A DNA stretch of 64,000 nt from Alphaproteobacteria bacterium. GTDB lineage: Bacteria > Pseudomonadota > Alphaproteobacteria > UBA2966. The stretch is from contig JABILA010000155.1 in the NCBI GenBank assembly GCA_018654745.1, positions 17,453 to 81,452 on the forward strand, read 5' to 3'. A program made the translations under genes and the position numbers. A model generated the notes under the pieces. The model saw only the letters and a program-made list of their open reading frames with translations. It searched no databases and was not told the DNA's origin. Shown here piece after piece: positions 9,091-17,919 of the stretch; position 1 is the first letter of the stretch; every line of letters begins with the position of its first letter.

Positions 9091-9971
9091 AAATCAGATG
9101 CATGGTTTAATGAGGGAACCACCTCTTTCAGGATGTTGCCAAATGCTCTGACAGTAGGTGAATTCTGGTTGGACGCGCCAAACAGATATGTCTTAAATAC
9201 TGGCAGAACTGGAAGCTTGTCGAAGGATACTATCCGAAGGCTTTCGTCGATGTAGTCTTTCGGAATTACAGTAACTGCCAGACCGGAGTTGACAGCGCAG
9301 TCCAGGCCCGAACGGCTGGGACTTTCGTAGGCCAGGCGGTAAGCCTTGTGAGATTTTTCCAAAGCATCAAGGGCAGCTTTGCGATAGATGCAGCCCGGCG
9401 CGAATATGGCGAGAGGGACAGGGTCCATTTCATCCGCATTGCTTTGTGCCAAAACAGCCCAGACCAGTGGTGATTGGCCTACCGGCTTGCCGCCTTTTCG
9501 ACCACATTTCTGCGTGACAAAGGCCAAGTCAACCTGACCGGCTTCCAGTGCATCCAAAGCAATCCAGCTTCGTTCGCACCGCAATTCAACATTGATCATT
9601 GGGTGTTTTTTGGCAAAGACCTTTAGTATTTGAGGCATGTAAATCATGGACGTGTCGCTGACACCCACCCGGATCCGCCCGGAAAGACCTTGATGCGTTA
9701 TCTCCGCCAGAGCTTCTTCTTTCAAACGCAGTATTCGCTGGGCATAGTGTAACAGCGTTCGGCCTTCATCAGTCAAATGAACCTGCCGCTTTGTGCGCTC
9801 CAACAGACGGGATTGGAGCGATTCTTCAAGCTTGCGTATCTGCGTACTGACAGCTGACTGCACGCAATTGAGCTGTTCTGCTGCACGGGTGAAATTTTGA
9901 GTTTCCGCCACTACGACAAAACTTCGTAAAAGATCAAGACTGAATTGGGAGGCTTGCATTGTCATCTCCAT
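9087..9971 (-). CDS. LysR family transcriptional regulator
   Basis: N-terminal wHTH 'LDLLRSFVVVAETQNFTRAAEQLNCVQSAVSTQIRKLEESL' plus a LysR substrate-binding domain. It is divergent from the MFS gene. Three in-frame ATGs lie at 9971, 9965 and 9959. Confidence 0.85.
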   Translation of the reverse strand: MEMTMQASQFSLDLLRSFVVVAETQNFTRAAEQLNCVQSAVSTQIRKLEESLQSRLLERTKRQVHLTDEGRTLLHYAQRILRLKEEALAEITHQGLSGRIRVGVSDTSMIYMPQILKVFAKKHPMINVELRCERSWIALDALEAGQVDLAFVTQKCGRKGGKPVGQSPLVWAVLAQSNADEMDPVPLAIFAPGCIYRKAALDALEKSHKAYRLAYESPSRSGLDCAVNSGLAVTVIPKDYIDESLRIVSFDKLPVLPVFKTYLFGASNQNSPTVRAFGNILKEVVPSLNHASDF

Positions 9972-10061
9972 TCAAGATTATACCATCATATATATTCGTT
10001 ATGGTGATAAAAGCAAATGGCCTAACTTCCGTCCATTAAATGTGAGATCAGGGAGTAGACC

Positions 10062-11249
10062 GTGCATAGGCAAGTTTGGATATTGATTATGTGCGCCGGT
10101 TCGATCATGGCGCTGTCCGTCGGTTTTCGACAAGCCATGGGCTTGTTCTTAACGCCGATAACCCTTGATTTGGGTCTTGGGCGGGGGAGTTTTGCTCTTG
10201 GTATGGGATTGATGAATTTGGCTTGGGGGTTTGGCGCACCCATTGCTGGCGCCATCGCGGATCGCTACGGCGCGGGTCGCGTCGCAGCTGTTGGCAGCCT
10301 GCTCTATGCCGGAGGGCTGATTGTCATGACGCTGTCCGGCGACGGTATGCAGTTGCTTGTCGGTGGCACATTAATTGGTCTGGGGCTGAGTGGTAGCGGC
10401 TTCACGGTTATCCTGGGGACAGTGAGTCGATTGGTCACGCCAAATAAACGTGCACAGGCGTTGGCATTGGCGTCAGTTGGCGGTTCTATCGGTCAGTTTT
10501 TGGCTATACCCTATTCTCACGCGTTGATTGATAGCTTCGGCTGGACGTTGGCTCTCGTCATTCTGGCGATGAGTGCGCTCTTGATTGTGCCGCTCGCGGC
10601 AGGTTTGCGTGGACAATCGCCAGTTGCTCAAGAATTGCAATCTAAAGGCGCCAGGACGGCACTCAAAGAAGCCTGTCAGGTGCAGGGTTTTTGGCTATTA
10701 AATGCCGGCTTCTTCGTTTGTGGTTTCCATTTGGCTTTTGTTGCCGTGCACATACCCGCCTATTTAGCGGACAAAAGTTTTTCGCCCTGGCTGGCGACGG
10801 CTGCTCTTACCACCATCGGTTTGAGCAATATTATTGGCAGTTATGGCTTTGGCGCTCTTGGTGGCTACTTCCCAAAGAAAAATGTTTTATGTGGGATTTA
10901 TCTGTGTAGGTCTCTTATTTTCCTTCTATTTCTGGTGACACCGATTTCCGAAACTACGGTGTTGATCTTCAGTGCTGCAATCGGTCTCCTCTGGCTCGGA
11001 ACGGTACCTCTTACAAGTGGTTTGGTCGGCCATATATTCGGCACTCAACACATGTCCATGCTGTTCGGTTTCGTGTTCCTCGGCCATCAGTTCGGTGGAT
11101 TTCTGGGGGCTTGGCTGGCAGGCAAAATATTCGACACATTCGGCTCCTACGATGCCATGTGGTGGTTGAGTATCGCCCTTGGACTCCTTTCTGCCGCTTT
11201 GCATTTGCCCATCAAAGAGCAGCCGGTTCGGCTGGTTGATATCCGATAA
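10062..11249 (+). CDS. MFS transporter
   Basis: 395 aa, 12 predicted TM helices with MFS loop motifs. GTG start with GGGAG 6 nt upstream. Divergently paired with the LysR regulator. Confidence 0.8.
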   Translation: MHRQVWILIMCAGSIMALSVGFRQAMGLFLTPITLDLGLGRGSFALGMGLMNLAWGFGAPIAGAIADRYGAGRVAAVGSLLYAGGLIVMTLSGDGMQLLVGGTLIGLGLSGSGFTVILGTVSRLVTPNKRAQALALASVGGSIGQFLAIPYSHALIDSFGWTLALVILAMSALLIVPLAAGLRGQSPVAQELQSKGARTALKEACQVQGFWLLNAGFFVCGFHLAFVAVHIPAYLADKSFSPWLATAALTTIGLSNIIGSYGFGALGGYFPKKNVLCGIYLCRSLIFLLFLVTPISETTVLIFSAAIGLLWLGTVPLTSGLVGHIFGTQHMSMLFGFVFLGHQFGGFLGAWLAGKIFDTFGSYDAMWWLSIALGLLSAALHLPIKEQPVRLVDIR

Positions 11250-11412
11250 GCAATCGCGTTCAAAAAACTTGCTATTATTTGATTGCCAGTCGGAATATAT
11301 GAAACACCCGCAAAGAGAGATCAAATTTCGGGGTCAATTATTTGCAGATAAGAGGACACGATCCCGATTTAAAGAAATTTGGGTGATGTCCCCGTTAGAG
11401 TTTCCTGTTCCC

Positions 11413-12291
11413 TCAATCATAAATCTTCTTGATGGCACAAACATCCAACTGGCCATGCCCCTGGCGGCTGGCTAGCTGGAATACGTCGCCAGCGGCACCG
11501 GCCACCGGCATCGGTGTGCCCTGGGCCTGGGAGGTGCGGGAGACGGTGTTGAGGTCCTTGACCATGATGTCGACGGTGGAGGTTGGCGCGTAATCTTCCA
11601 CGGCCATGCGGGCACCCCATTCCTGGAGGACTGGGCTGTCGGCGCGGCCCCCGGCGAGGGCGGCGGGAATGCGGGTGGCGTCGACACCGGCGTCCTGGGC
11701 GAATTTTATGGCCTCGGCGACCAACGCCAGAGAACCACCGACCAGGGTCTGGTTGACCAGTTTGGTGGTTTGCCCGGCCCCGCTGGGTCCCATGTGGGTC
11801 AGGCGGCCCGCCAGGCAGTCGATGACCGGTTCGGCAAAATCGAAATCTTCCTGGGTGGCCCCGGCCATGACGGTCAGCGTGCCTTCAAGGCAGGCAGTGG
11901 GGGAGCCTGAAATGGGGGCGTCGACCCAGCCCATGCCGGTGTCGGCTTTCAGCTTGGCCGCCATCTCGACCGTGGCACCGGGTTCGATGCTCGACATATC
12001 CACCAGGACCTTGCCTTTTGCAGCACCTTCTGCGATGCCGCCCTGGCCAAAGACGATGGCGCGCATGGCGTCGGTATTGGTGACGCATGTAAATGTGACG
12101 TCGCTGGCGCGGACCACATCGGCGGCGCTGTTCAATGCACGGGCACCGCGTGCGACCAGGTCCGCGACCTTGTCCGGATTGCGGGCCCAGATCGCGACCT
12201 GGAAGCCCTTGTTCAACAGGCACATGGCCATGGGCTTGCCCATATTGCCAAGCCCGATATAGCCGACGCTGAGGTTCGTTGCCTTGTTCAT
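11413..12291 (-). CDS. NAD(P)-dependent oxidoreductase, 3-hydroxyisobutyrate dehydrogenase / 2-hydroxy-3-oxopropionate reductase family
   Basis: 'VGYIGLGNMGKPMAMCLLNKGFQVAIWARNP' Rossmann motif and a 6-PGDH-like C-terminal domain. Confidence 0.85.
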   Translation of the reverse strand: MNKATNLSVGYIGLGNMGKPMAMCLLNKGFQVAIWARNPDKVADLVARGARALNSAADVVRASDVTFTCVTNTDAMRAIVFGQGGIAEGAAKGKVLVDMSSIEPGATVEMAAKLKADTGMGWVDAPISGSPTACLEGTLTVMAGATQEDFDFAEPVIDCLAGRLTHMGPSGAGQTTKLVNQTLVGGSLALVAEAIKFAQDAGVDATRIPAALAGGRADSPVLQEWGARMAVEDYAPTSTVDIMVKDLNTVSRTSQAQGTPMPVAGAAGDVFQLASRQGHGQLDVCAIKKIYD

Positions 12292-12408
12292 TGCGGAGAA
12301 GCTTTCAGTTAAAAGCGAATTCGGATAAATCTGAATCGCGTGATCGTGTTTGATTCCTGGTCTTGCAAAGTATCAGGGGCTTCAGGTGTTTCAACAAGTT
12401 GAGACACC

Positions 12409-13461
12409 CTATGGAATTACTTTCATATCTCTGAATTCCTGGAACAGTCGCAGGAACATTTCTTCTGAGCGCACGCTGTCATGAAAACCGGCTTGTCTGA
12501 TTTTCAGGGTGTCGGTCATCACATCCCAGTCCGTGCCAAAAACATAATCGGCAAAGGGCCAGGCCACCAGGTCTTCCCAGGCAATATCCTGCAGGCCATA
12601 TTTTTTGACCATGCTGGCCCACAGGGGGCCCTTGTCGGCCATGAAGTCGGTCAGGGAAATGGTTTGCACGTCACCGACTTCGAGGTCAAAAAACTTTGCG
12701 AACCTGGGCCAGACATTTGACCAGCGGAAAAAGTCGCTGTTGGTAATGTTGAAAACTTCATTGGCGGCGGCATCGCTGTCGGCGCACCATAGCATGGCCT
12801 TGTTGAGGATTTCAGCATCGGCCACCTGATAGACCGCCGTATAGGCACCGGGCTTGCCGGGAAAACGCAGCGGCAGGCCAAGCTCCTTCGAGATCGCGGC
12901 ATAGGCACAAATGGCGGTGGTAATATTCATCGGGTTGCCGACGGCAAAGCCGCAAACGGTTTGCGGACGCAGGGCCGACCAGGCCCATGATTTTCCGTTC
13001 TGTTGTGCGGCCAGCCAGGTCTGCTGGTCCCAATAGAAATTGGGCAGCATGTGCGGCGGGTCGTCTTCCCGCGCAGGCGTTTTGAAAGGGCCGAGGTGGC
13101 TGCCGTAAATCTTGTTGCCCTGCACCAGGTTCACGTGACGCAAGCCGGGACTGGCGGCCTCGATGGGCTCAACCGCATTGACCAGCATGGCGAGATTGGG
13201 CGCGTTATGTTCGGCCCAGACCGGGCGACCCTGGAAGGCGGCATAGAAGATGTGCGTAACGTCGGTCAGGCCCGCGAGCTTTTGTTCGGCGTCCTGTCGG
13301 TTCAGCAGATCAACCGAAATGAATTCCGCGTCTGATTTGAAATCGGGGACGCGGCGCGACAGCCCAACAACATCCCAGGCCGGGTCCTTGTTCAGGGTGT
13401 TAATCAGATTGCGGCCAATGACACCCAGGCCACCGACAACAACGGCTTTTTTATCGGCCAT
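12409..13461 (-). CDS. SDR-family NAD-dependent epimerase/dehydratase-like oxidoreductase (atypical/extended SDR)
   Basis: 'KKAVVVGGLGVIGRNLINTL' glycine-rich NAD-binding N-terminus; 350 aa. Confidence 0.7.
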   Translation of the reverse strand: MADKKAVVVGGLGVIGRNLINTLNKDPAWDVVGLSRRVPDFKSDAEFISVDLLNRQDAEQKLAGLTDVTHIFYAAFQGRPVWAEHNAPNLAMLVNAVEPIEAASPGLRHVNLVQGNKIYGSHLGPFKTPAREDDPPHMLPNFYWDQQTWLAAQQNGKSWAWSALRPQTVCGFAVGNPMNITTAICAYAAISKELGLPLRFPGKPGAYTAVYQVADAEILNKAMLWCADSDAAANEVFNITNSDFFRWSNVWPRFAKFFDLEVGDVQTISLTDFMADKGPLWASMVKKYGLQDIAWEDLVAWPFADYVFGTDWDVMTDTLKIRQAGFHDSVRSEEMFLRLFQEFRDMKVIP

Positions 13462-13480
13462 AAATATTTCCTTGTGGCTT

Positions 13481-13582
13481 CACCCCCACCCAACCCTCCC
13501 CCATCAAGGGGGAGGGCTATCGAGGGAAGATCAAAAAACTCTCCCTCCCCCCTCGTGGGGGAGGGCTGGGGTGGGGGGGACA
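13481..13582. repeat. Nested G/C-rich palindromic repeat element (two tandem hairpins inside a larger imperfect inverted repeat; REP/MITE-like)
   Basis: Hairpin 1 is CCCTCCCCC-ATCAA-GGGGGAGGG and hairpin 2 is CCCTCCCCCC-TCGT-GGGGGAGGG. They are flanked by CCCCCACCCAACCCTCCCCC ... GGGGGAGGGCTGGGGTGGGGG. The element sits between the coq7 stop and the SDR start. Confidence 0.6.
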
Positions 13583-13638
13583 GCCTAGAATATCTTTGTG
13601 GTGATTGAAATGTAGGTATGTGCCAGGCAAGGCAATTT

Positions 13639-14211
13639 CTATATTCGTTCGGACAACCAGATCGCGAGGCGGGAGCCGGATTTAATGGCACCTGTCAGCA
13701 AGGCATGGCCCGGCGCGTCTTCGGCACCGTGGGCAATGGCTGTATCGCGGTGCTCGACTTCTTCAGCGCGGAATTTTTCGATGGTCTGGCGCAGGTCCTT
13801 TTCATCGTCGCCCAGCTTTTCCGCCTGTTCGGCATAATGTTCGTCGATGACTTCTTCAATGGCCTGGGTGCAGGCCATGGCGGCTTTTTCGCCCATCAAG
13901 GCAGTCCCGGCACCAAGGGCAAATCCGGCGGCGTGCCAGATCGGGGTCAGTAAAGTCGGGCGCACCCGGCGTTCAACCGCCAGTTTTTCAAAAGTCTCGA
14001 GATGTTTTTTTTCTTGCTCGGTCATGTGCTGCAGAGTTGCGGCGCTTGGCGATTTGCCGAGCACAGCCATCTGGCCCTGGTAGATCCGCACCGCACCATA
14101 TTCACCGGCATGATCAACGCGGATGATACGCTCAATCAATTCTTCGCGTGACAGATCGCCAGGCAAACTGTCCTGTCCTGTCGTTTTAGGCGCTGAAGTG
14201 TCTGTCGCCAT
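13639..14211 (-). CDS. coq7: Demethoxyubiquinone hydroxylase (Coq7 family di-iron carboxylate protein)
   Basis: Repeated E-x-x-H di-iron ligand motifs (VDHAGEYGAVRIYQGQ, EQEKKHLETF, EEVIDEHYAEQ, EEVEHRDTAIAHG). I place the start at the ATG at 14211 (rev-comp CAT 14209-14211), giving MATDTS... Confidence 0.8.
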   Translation of the reverse strand: MATDTSAPKTTGQDSLPGDLSREELIERIIRVDHAGEYGAVRIYQGQMAVLGKSPSAATLQHMTEQEKKHLETFEKLAVERRVRPTLLTPIWHAAGFALGAGTALMGEKAAMACTQAIEEVIDEHYAEQAEKLGDDEKDLRQTIEKFRAEEVEHRDTAIAHGAEDAPGHALLTGAIKSGSRLAIWLSERI

Positions 14212-14228
14212 CGTCGATGCTTTCCAGC

Positions 14229-14720
14229 TTAAGGACGCGTGAATTTTTCTCGGGCCACCAGCAAAGAATAGATCGCCAATGCCAGGGAAGTCAGCACATT
14301 GTATCCCGCCATGGAGATGCCGAAAAGGGACCACTGGATATCATTGCAGCGGATCACCGGCGTCGCCATGATCTGGGCTCGTAATTCATCGATGGATGCG
14401 GCCTTGTCCTGGGTGCCGACGCAAGCCTCGGTGCCGGTCCACCAGGCTTCTTCAACGCCCACATGAAAGACCGCAATGCCGCCGCCTGTCAGAAATGCCA
14501 GTGCCGCCAGCAACATCAAAGGCACCAGCAATCGCGGCGCTGCAAATCCGGCCAGGCCAAGGGCGATTGTAATCGCGTAGGGAATGCGTTGATACAAACA
14601 CAATACACAAGGCGCCAGGCCACCGAATATTTCAGATGAAATGGCTGAGCCGACGACAATGAAACTTGCGATGGCGATCAGCAGGGCGGCCCGTCGGGGC
14701 TGGAGGAGATAGTTGATCAT
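14229..14720 (-). CDS. dsbB: Disulfide bond formation protein B
   Basis: 163 aa, 4 TM helices, with the periplasmic-loop Cys pair 'CVLCLYQR' and later Cys residues, as in DsbB. Confidence 0.8.
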   Translation of the reverse strand: MINYLLQPRRAALLIAIASFIVVGSAISSEIFGGLAPCVLCLYQRIPYAITIALGLAGFAAPRLLVPLMLLAALAFLTGGGIAVFHVGVEEAWWTGTEACVGTQDKAASIDELRAQIMATPVIRCNDIQWSLFGISMAGYNVLTSLALAIYSLLVAREKFTRP

Positions 14721-14858
14721 GAGAGCCTCAGTGTCCTGAAAAGTTTGTCGGATGTCCAGAAATGTCCCTGAAATGAGACGAAATGCGACAAAATGTCCGC
14801 GTAAAATCCCACAAAACCTGTGATTTATCAGGGGGGTGAAACAGTCGTTTTATCGACG

Positions 14859-15452
14859 CTAGATCAGGTATTTCAGGACCACAAAACTGCCGATCAACAG
14901 CACGGTAAAAATAACCGCCAGCGTGTTCAGATGCTTTTCAATAAACACCCGGATCGGCTCGCCGAAGTGCCAGAGCAAACCGGCAACGATAAAGAACCGC
15001 ATGCCGCGCGAGACCACCGAGCCACCAAGAAAGCTCCAGATATCCAGCGACGCGACACCGCTGGCGATGGTGAAAACCTTATAGGGCAAGGGTGTCAGGC
15101 CGGCGGCGAAAACAATCATCAAGCCAAACTCATCGTACCACTGCTGGAAAGTCTCAAACTTGCTGGCATAACCATAGAACTCGACGATGGCCCGACCAAT
15201 GGTTTCATAAAGATAATAGCCAATACCGTATCCCGCCAGTCCACCGGCGACCGAGGCGACTGTGCAAACACCGGCAATGGCAATCCAGCGCTGGCGCGTG
15301 GCCAGGACCATGGGGATGATCAACACATCCGGCGGAATCGGAAAGACCGAGCTTTCAACAAAGGCAATAAGCGCCAGAACGGCCAGCGCATGCTGATGTC
15401 CGGCGAGGCCAAGGGTCCAGTTGTAAAGTCGATGTATCACTGAAAAATCCAT
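14859..15452 (-). CDS. DedA/YqaA family inner-membrane protein
   Basis: 'SSVFPIPPDVLIIPMVLA' is the DedA-family signature. ATG at 15452 (MDFSVIHRLYNW...) matches the usual ~190-aa family length. Confidence 0.7.
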   Translation of the reverse strand: MDFSVIHRLYNWTLGLAGHQHALAVLALIAFVESSVFPIPPDVLIIPMVLATRQRWIAIAGVCTVASVAGGLAGYGIGYYLYETIGRAIVEFYGYASKFETFQQWYDEFGLMIVFAAGLTPLPYKVFTIASGVASLDIWSFLGGSVVSRGMRFFIVAGLLWHFGEPIRVFIEKHLNTLAVIFTVLLIGSFVVLKYLI

Positions 15453-15806
15453 GTTTTCTGCGGCAGACGCGGTCATAGCAGGCATTGGGCGGCAAGGCAA
15501 TGCGCGGGAATTCAGGGTTGAGTTACACCTCCGAAACAACACTTCAGATAATGTTACAAATTTATATGAACCGGAAATAATTCAGATACACACATTGTCT
15601 AGTTTCCCGCCAGCACGAATTTGGTATCAGGATGTTTGCCGGTTGGTTGTTCAAAACAATGGCCAGGTTGAACAAGACATAACGAAAATCAAAATAATAC
15701 AACTTGGTGTCTCCTCCTGATTGATTCGAATGGCAAAAGCAGTGGCAGAACCCACGAAAGCCAACTTCGAATCCCATGATAATAAATAGAATCAGAGGGT
15801 TAATCG

Positions 15807-17606
15807 ATGTTAGAAAATATCAAAATTTCAATTCGCGTTTATGGACTGGTCGCGCTTCTGTTGCTGATCACAGGCGGCGTTGCCGGTTTTGCCATTATCG
15901 AAATGCAGGGTATTGCCGAGGAAATCGACAGTGTTGCAGAAGTCGATATGCCGCTCACTGAAAAATTGACCAAGGTAACGTTGCACCAACTGGAGCAAGC
16001 CATTTTATTCGAACGCACACTGGCGCTCGGTGAACGTCTGTCAAAGAACCCGAAACAGATAGGCCATTTCCATGAACTGGAAAAGGAATTTTCGACGCTG
16101 GGTCACAAGGTCAAAACAGAGCTTGAAGAAACGGACGCGCTTTTGCTGGCGGCGGCGGGGAATGCACATACCAATGCCGAAAAAGAAGAATTCACGCACC
16201 TGGCAGAAATCGTCGAAACCGTTGAAAAAGAACACAAAGAATATGAAATCCTGTCCGAGCAGATTTTTGCCCGGATTGGCAAGGGAGAAATTCACGATCC
16301 AGGCAAAGTGGCTGAAAAGATTGAACATATTGAAGACAAAATCGATCAGGAACTGGAGCAGGCTCTGGCAGAAATTGAAAAATTTACCCATGACGCCATG
16401 ACCACTGTCAAAAAAGATGAGCAGACCGCCATTCGACTGCTGTGGATTGCAACTGGTTTGGCTGTTTTGATCGGGCTGGTGTTGTCTTTTTTCATGACAA
16501 GAGCAATCACAGGCCCAATCCAGCGTATGACCCGGACTATGGGCGATCTTGCCGAGGGCAATAATGATATTGAAATTCCCTCCCTGGGGCTGACGAATGA
16601 AATTGGTAAAATGGCGGATGCTGTGGAAGTTTTCCGTGCCAATGCCATTGAAAATCTGCGCCTTGCTGAAGAAGAAAAACAGGCGGCCGTAGAACGTGAG
16701 CGGGCCAAACAGGCAGAGGCTGATCGTGAAGCTGCAGACAGTGCCGCAAAGGCTGCACGCCAACAGCGGATCGATGGTTTGACGTCTGGTTTTGGAGATA
16801 CCGTAGAAGAAATCCTTGGCGTTGTTTCAGCCCAGTCCACTGAAATGGAGGCAACGGCCCAGTCCATGAGTGATATTGCCAAACAAACCATGGATGAAAG
16901 TGTGTCTGTATCGTCCGCCGCTGAACAGGCTTCGGCGAGTGTTCAGACCGTGGCGACAGCGGCTGAAGAGTTGACGGCATCGATCGACGAAATCAGCCGC
17001 CAGGTAACACACTCGGCGGAGATTTCGACCAAAGCGGTTGATGCCGCCAACGACACCAATGCCACCATCCGCGAGTTGGCAGAAGCAGCGCAGCGGATCG
17101 GCGAAGTTGTTGAACTGATCAACGACATCGCCGAGCAGACCAATTTGCTGGCGTTGAACGCTACCATTGAGGCCGCCCGGGCCGGTGATGCTGGCAAGGG
17201 ATTTGCGGTTGTGGCCTCGGAAGTAAAGAACCTGGCCAATCAAACGGCCAAGGCAACCGAGGATATTGGTAGTCAAATCGGCGCCATCCAGGGCACAACC
17301 GAGCAGGCTGTGACAGCGATTGAGGGCATCGGCACAACCATTGTCGAGATGAATGAGATCGCCACAACAATCGCATCAGCCGTTGAAGAACAGGGTGCCG
17401 CGACCAGCGAAATCAGTCGTAATGTCCAGGAAGCAGCGTCGGGTACCCAGAGTGTTTCTGAAAGTATCGAGACCGTGCGTGGTGCTTCCGAGCAAACCGG
17501 AACGGCTTCCGGTGATGTTCTGAGCGCCTCACAAGAGCTGGCAGAACGTTTCGGCTCCTTGCAATCGGAAGTCCAGACCTTCCTGGAAGACATCAAGACG
17601 GCTTGA
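15807..17606 (+). CDS. Methyl-accepting chemotaxis protein (TM-HAMP-MCP signalling domain)
   Basis: N-terminal TM, a second TM plus a HAMP domain, and the highly conserved MCP hairpin '[38 protein letters not shown]'. Confidence 0.9.
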   Translation: MLENIKISIRVYGLVALLLLITGGVAGFAIIEMQGIAEEIDSVAEVDMPLTEKLTKVTLHQLEQAILFERTLALGERLSKNPKQIGHFHELEKEFSTLGHKVKTELEETDALLLAAAGNAHTNAEKEEFTHLAEIVETVEKEHKEYEILSEQIFARIGKGEIHDPGKVAEKIEHIEDKIDQELEQALAEIEKFTHDAMTTVKKDEQTAIRLLWIATGLAVLIGLVLSFFMTRAITGPIQRMTRTMGDLAEGNNDIEIPSLGLTNEIGKMADAVEVFRANAIENLRLAEEEKQAAVERERAKQAEADREAADSAAKAARQQRIDGLTSGFGDTVEEILGVVSAQSTEMEATAQSMSDIAKQTMDESVSVSSAAEQASASVQTVATAAEELTASIDEISRQVTHSAEISTKAVDAANDTNATIRELAEAAQRIGEVVELINDIAEQTNLLALNATIEAARAGDAGKGFAVVASEVKNLANQTAKATEDIGSQIGAIQGTTEQAVTAIEGIGTTIVEMNEIATTIASAVEEQGAATSEISRNVQEAASGTQSVSESIETVRGASEQTGTASGDVLSASQELAERFGSLQSEVQTFLEDIKTA

Positions 17607-17634
17607 GCAGGTTGGTTATTGCCTGGCGGGAGCT

Positions 17635-17672
17635 TTGTTGCAGGGCCTTTTTCGGTCCTGCAACAATTTTTT
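17635..17672 (+). terminator. Rho-independent terminator downstream of the MCP gene
   Basis: Stem TTGTTGCAGGGCC / GGTCCTGCAACAA (one mismatch), loop TTTTTC, followed by TTTTTT. Confidence 0.6.
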
Positions 17673-17731
17673 GACCTCAGGTTTGGGCAACACTTGACCC
17701 ACAAAAAACCTCCTCTATGATCCGCAGCCGT

Positions 17732-17818
17732 GCCCCCGTGGCGGAACTGGTAGACGCGCGGGATTCAAAATCCCGTTCTCGCAAGGGAGTGTCCGTTCGA
17801 TTCGGACCGGGGGCACCA
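17732..17818 (+). tRNA. tRNA-Leu (anticodon CAA), class II tRNA with long variable arm, CCA encoded
   Basis: Acceptor stem GCCCCCG/CGGGGGC with discriminator A and CCA. Anticodon stem-loop CGGGA-TTCAAAA-TCCCG, anticodon CAA. T-arm GTCCG-TTCGATT-CGGAC. Long variable arm. Confidence 0.85.
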
Positions 17819-17919
17819 GTTTTCCGATATTCTTTACCCGTTATCAGCGATACAGCTGACGGGGCTTCGATGAGAAAATATGAAGCGCCCTGGTCTCGCA
17901 CCGACAATCCGGCATTCTG

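Noticed and set aside
11606-12262. 218-aa plus-strand ORF
   Set aside because: It is antisense to the 3-hydroxyisobutyrate-dehydrogenase-family gene and shows the composition artefact of a GC-rich genome.
15453-15806. 354-bp upstream region of the MCP gene containing two small ORFs (89 and 71 aa)
   Set aside because: The ORFs lack RBS or motif support, so the region is more likely a long regulatory leader. I could not discern any conserved RNA structure by eye.
16041-17276. Several 100-240-aa ORFs on the minus strand inside the MCP gene
   Set aside because: They are antisense to a gene with unmistakable MCP motifs. Their translations are Gln/Phe/Cys-rich low-complexity sequence typical of reverse-frame reading of Ala/Glu-rich coding DNA.
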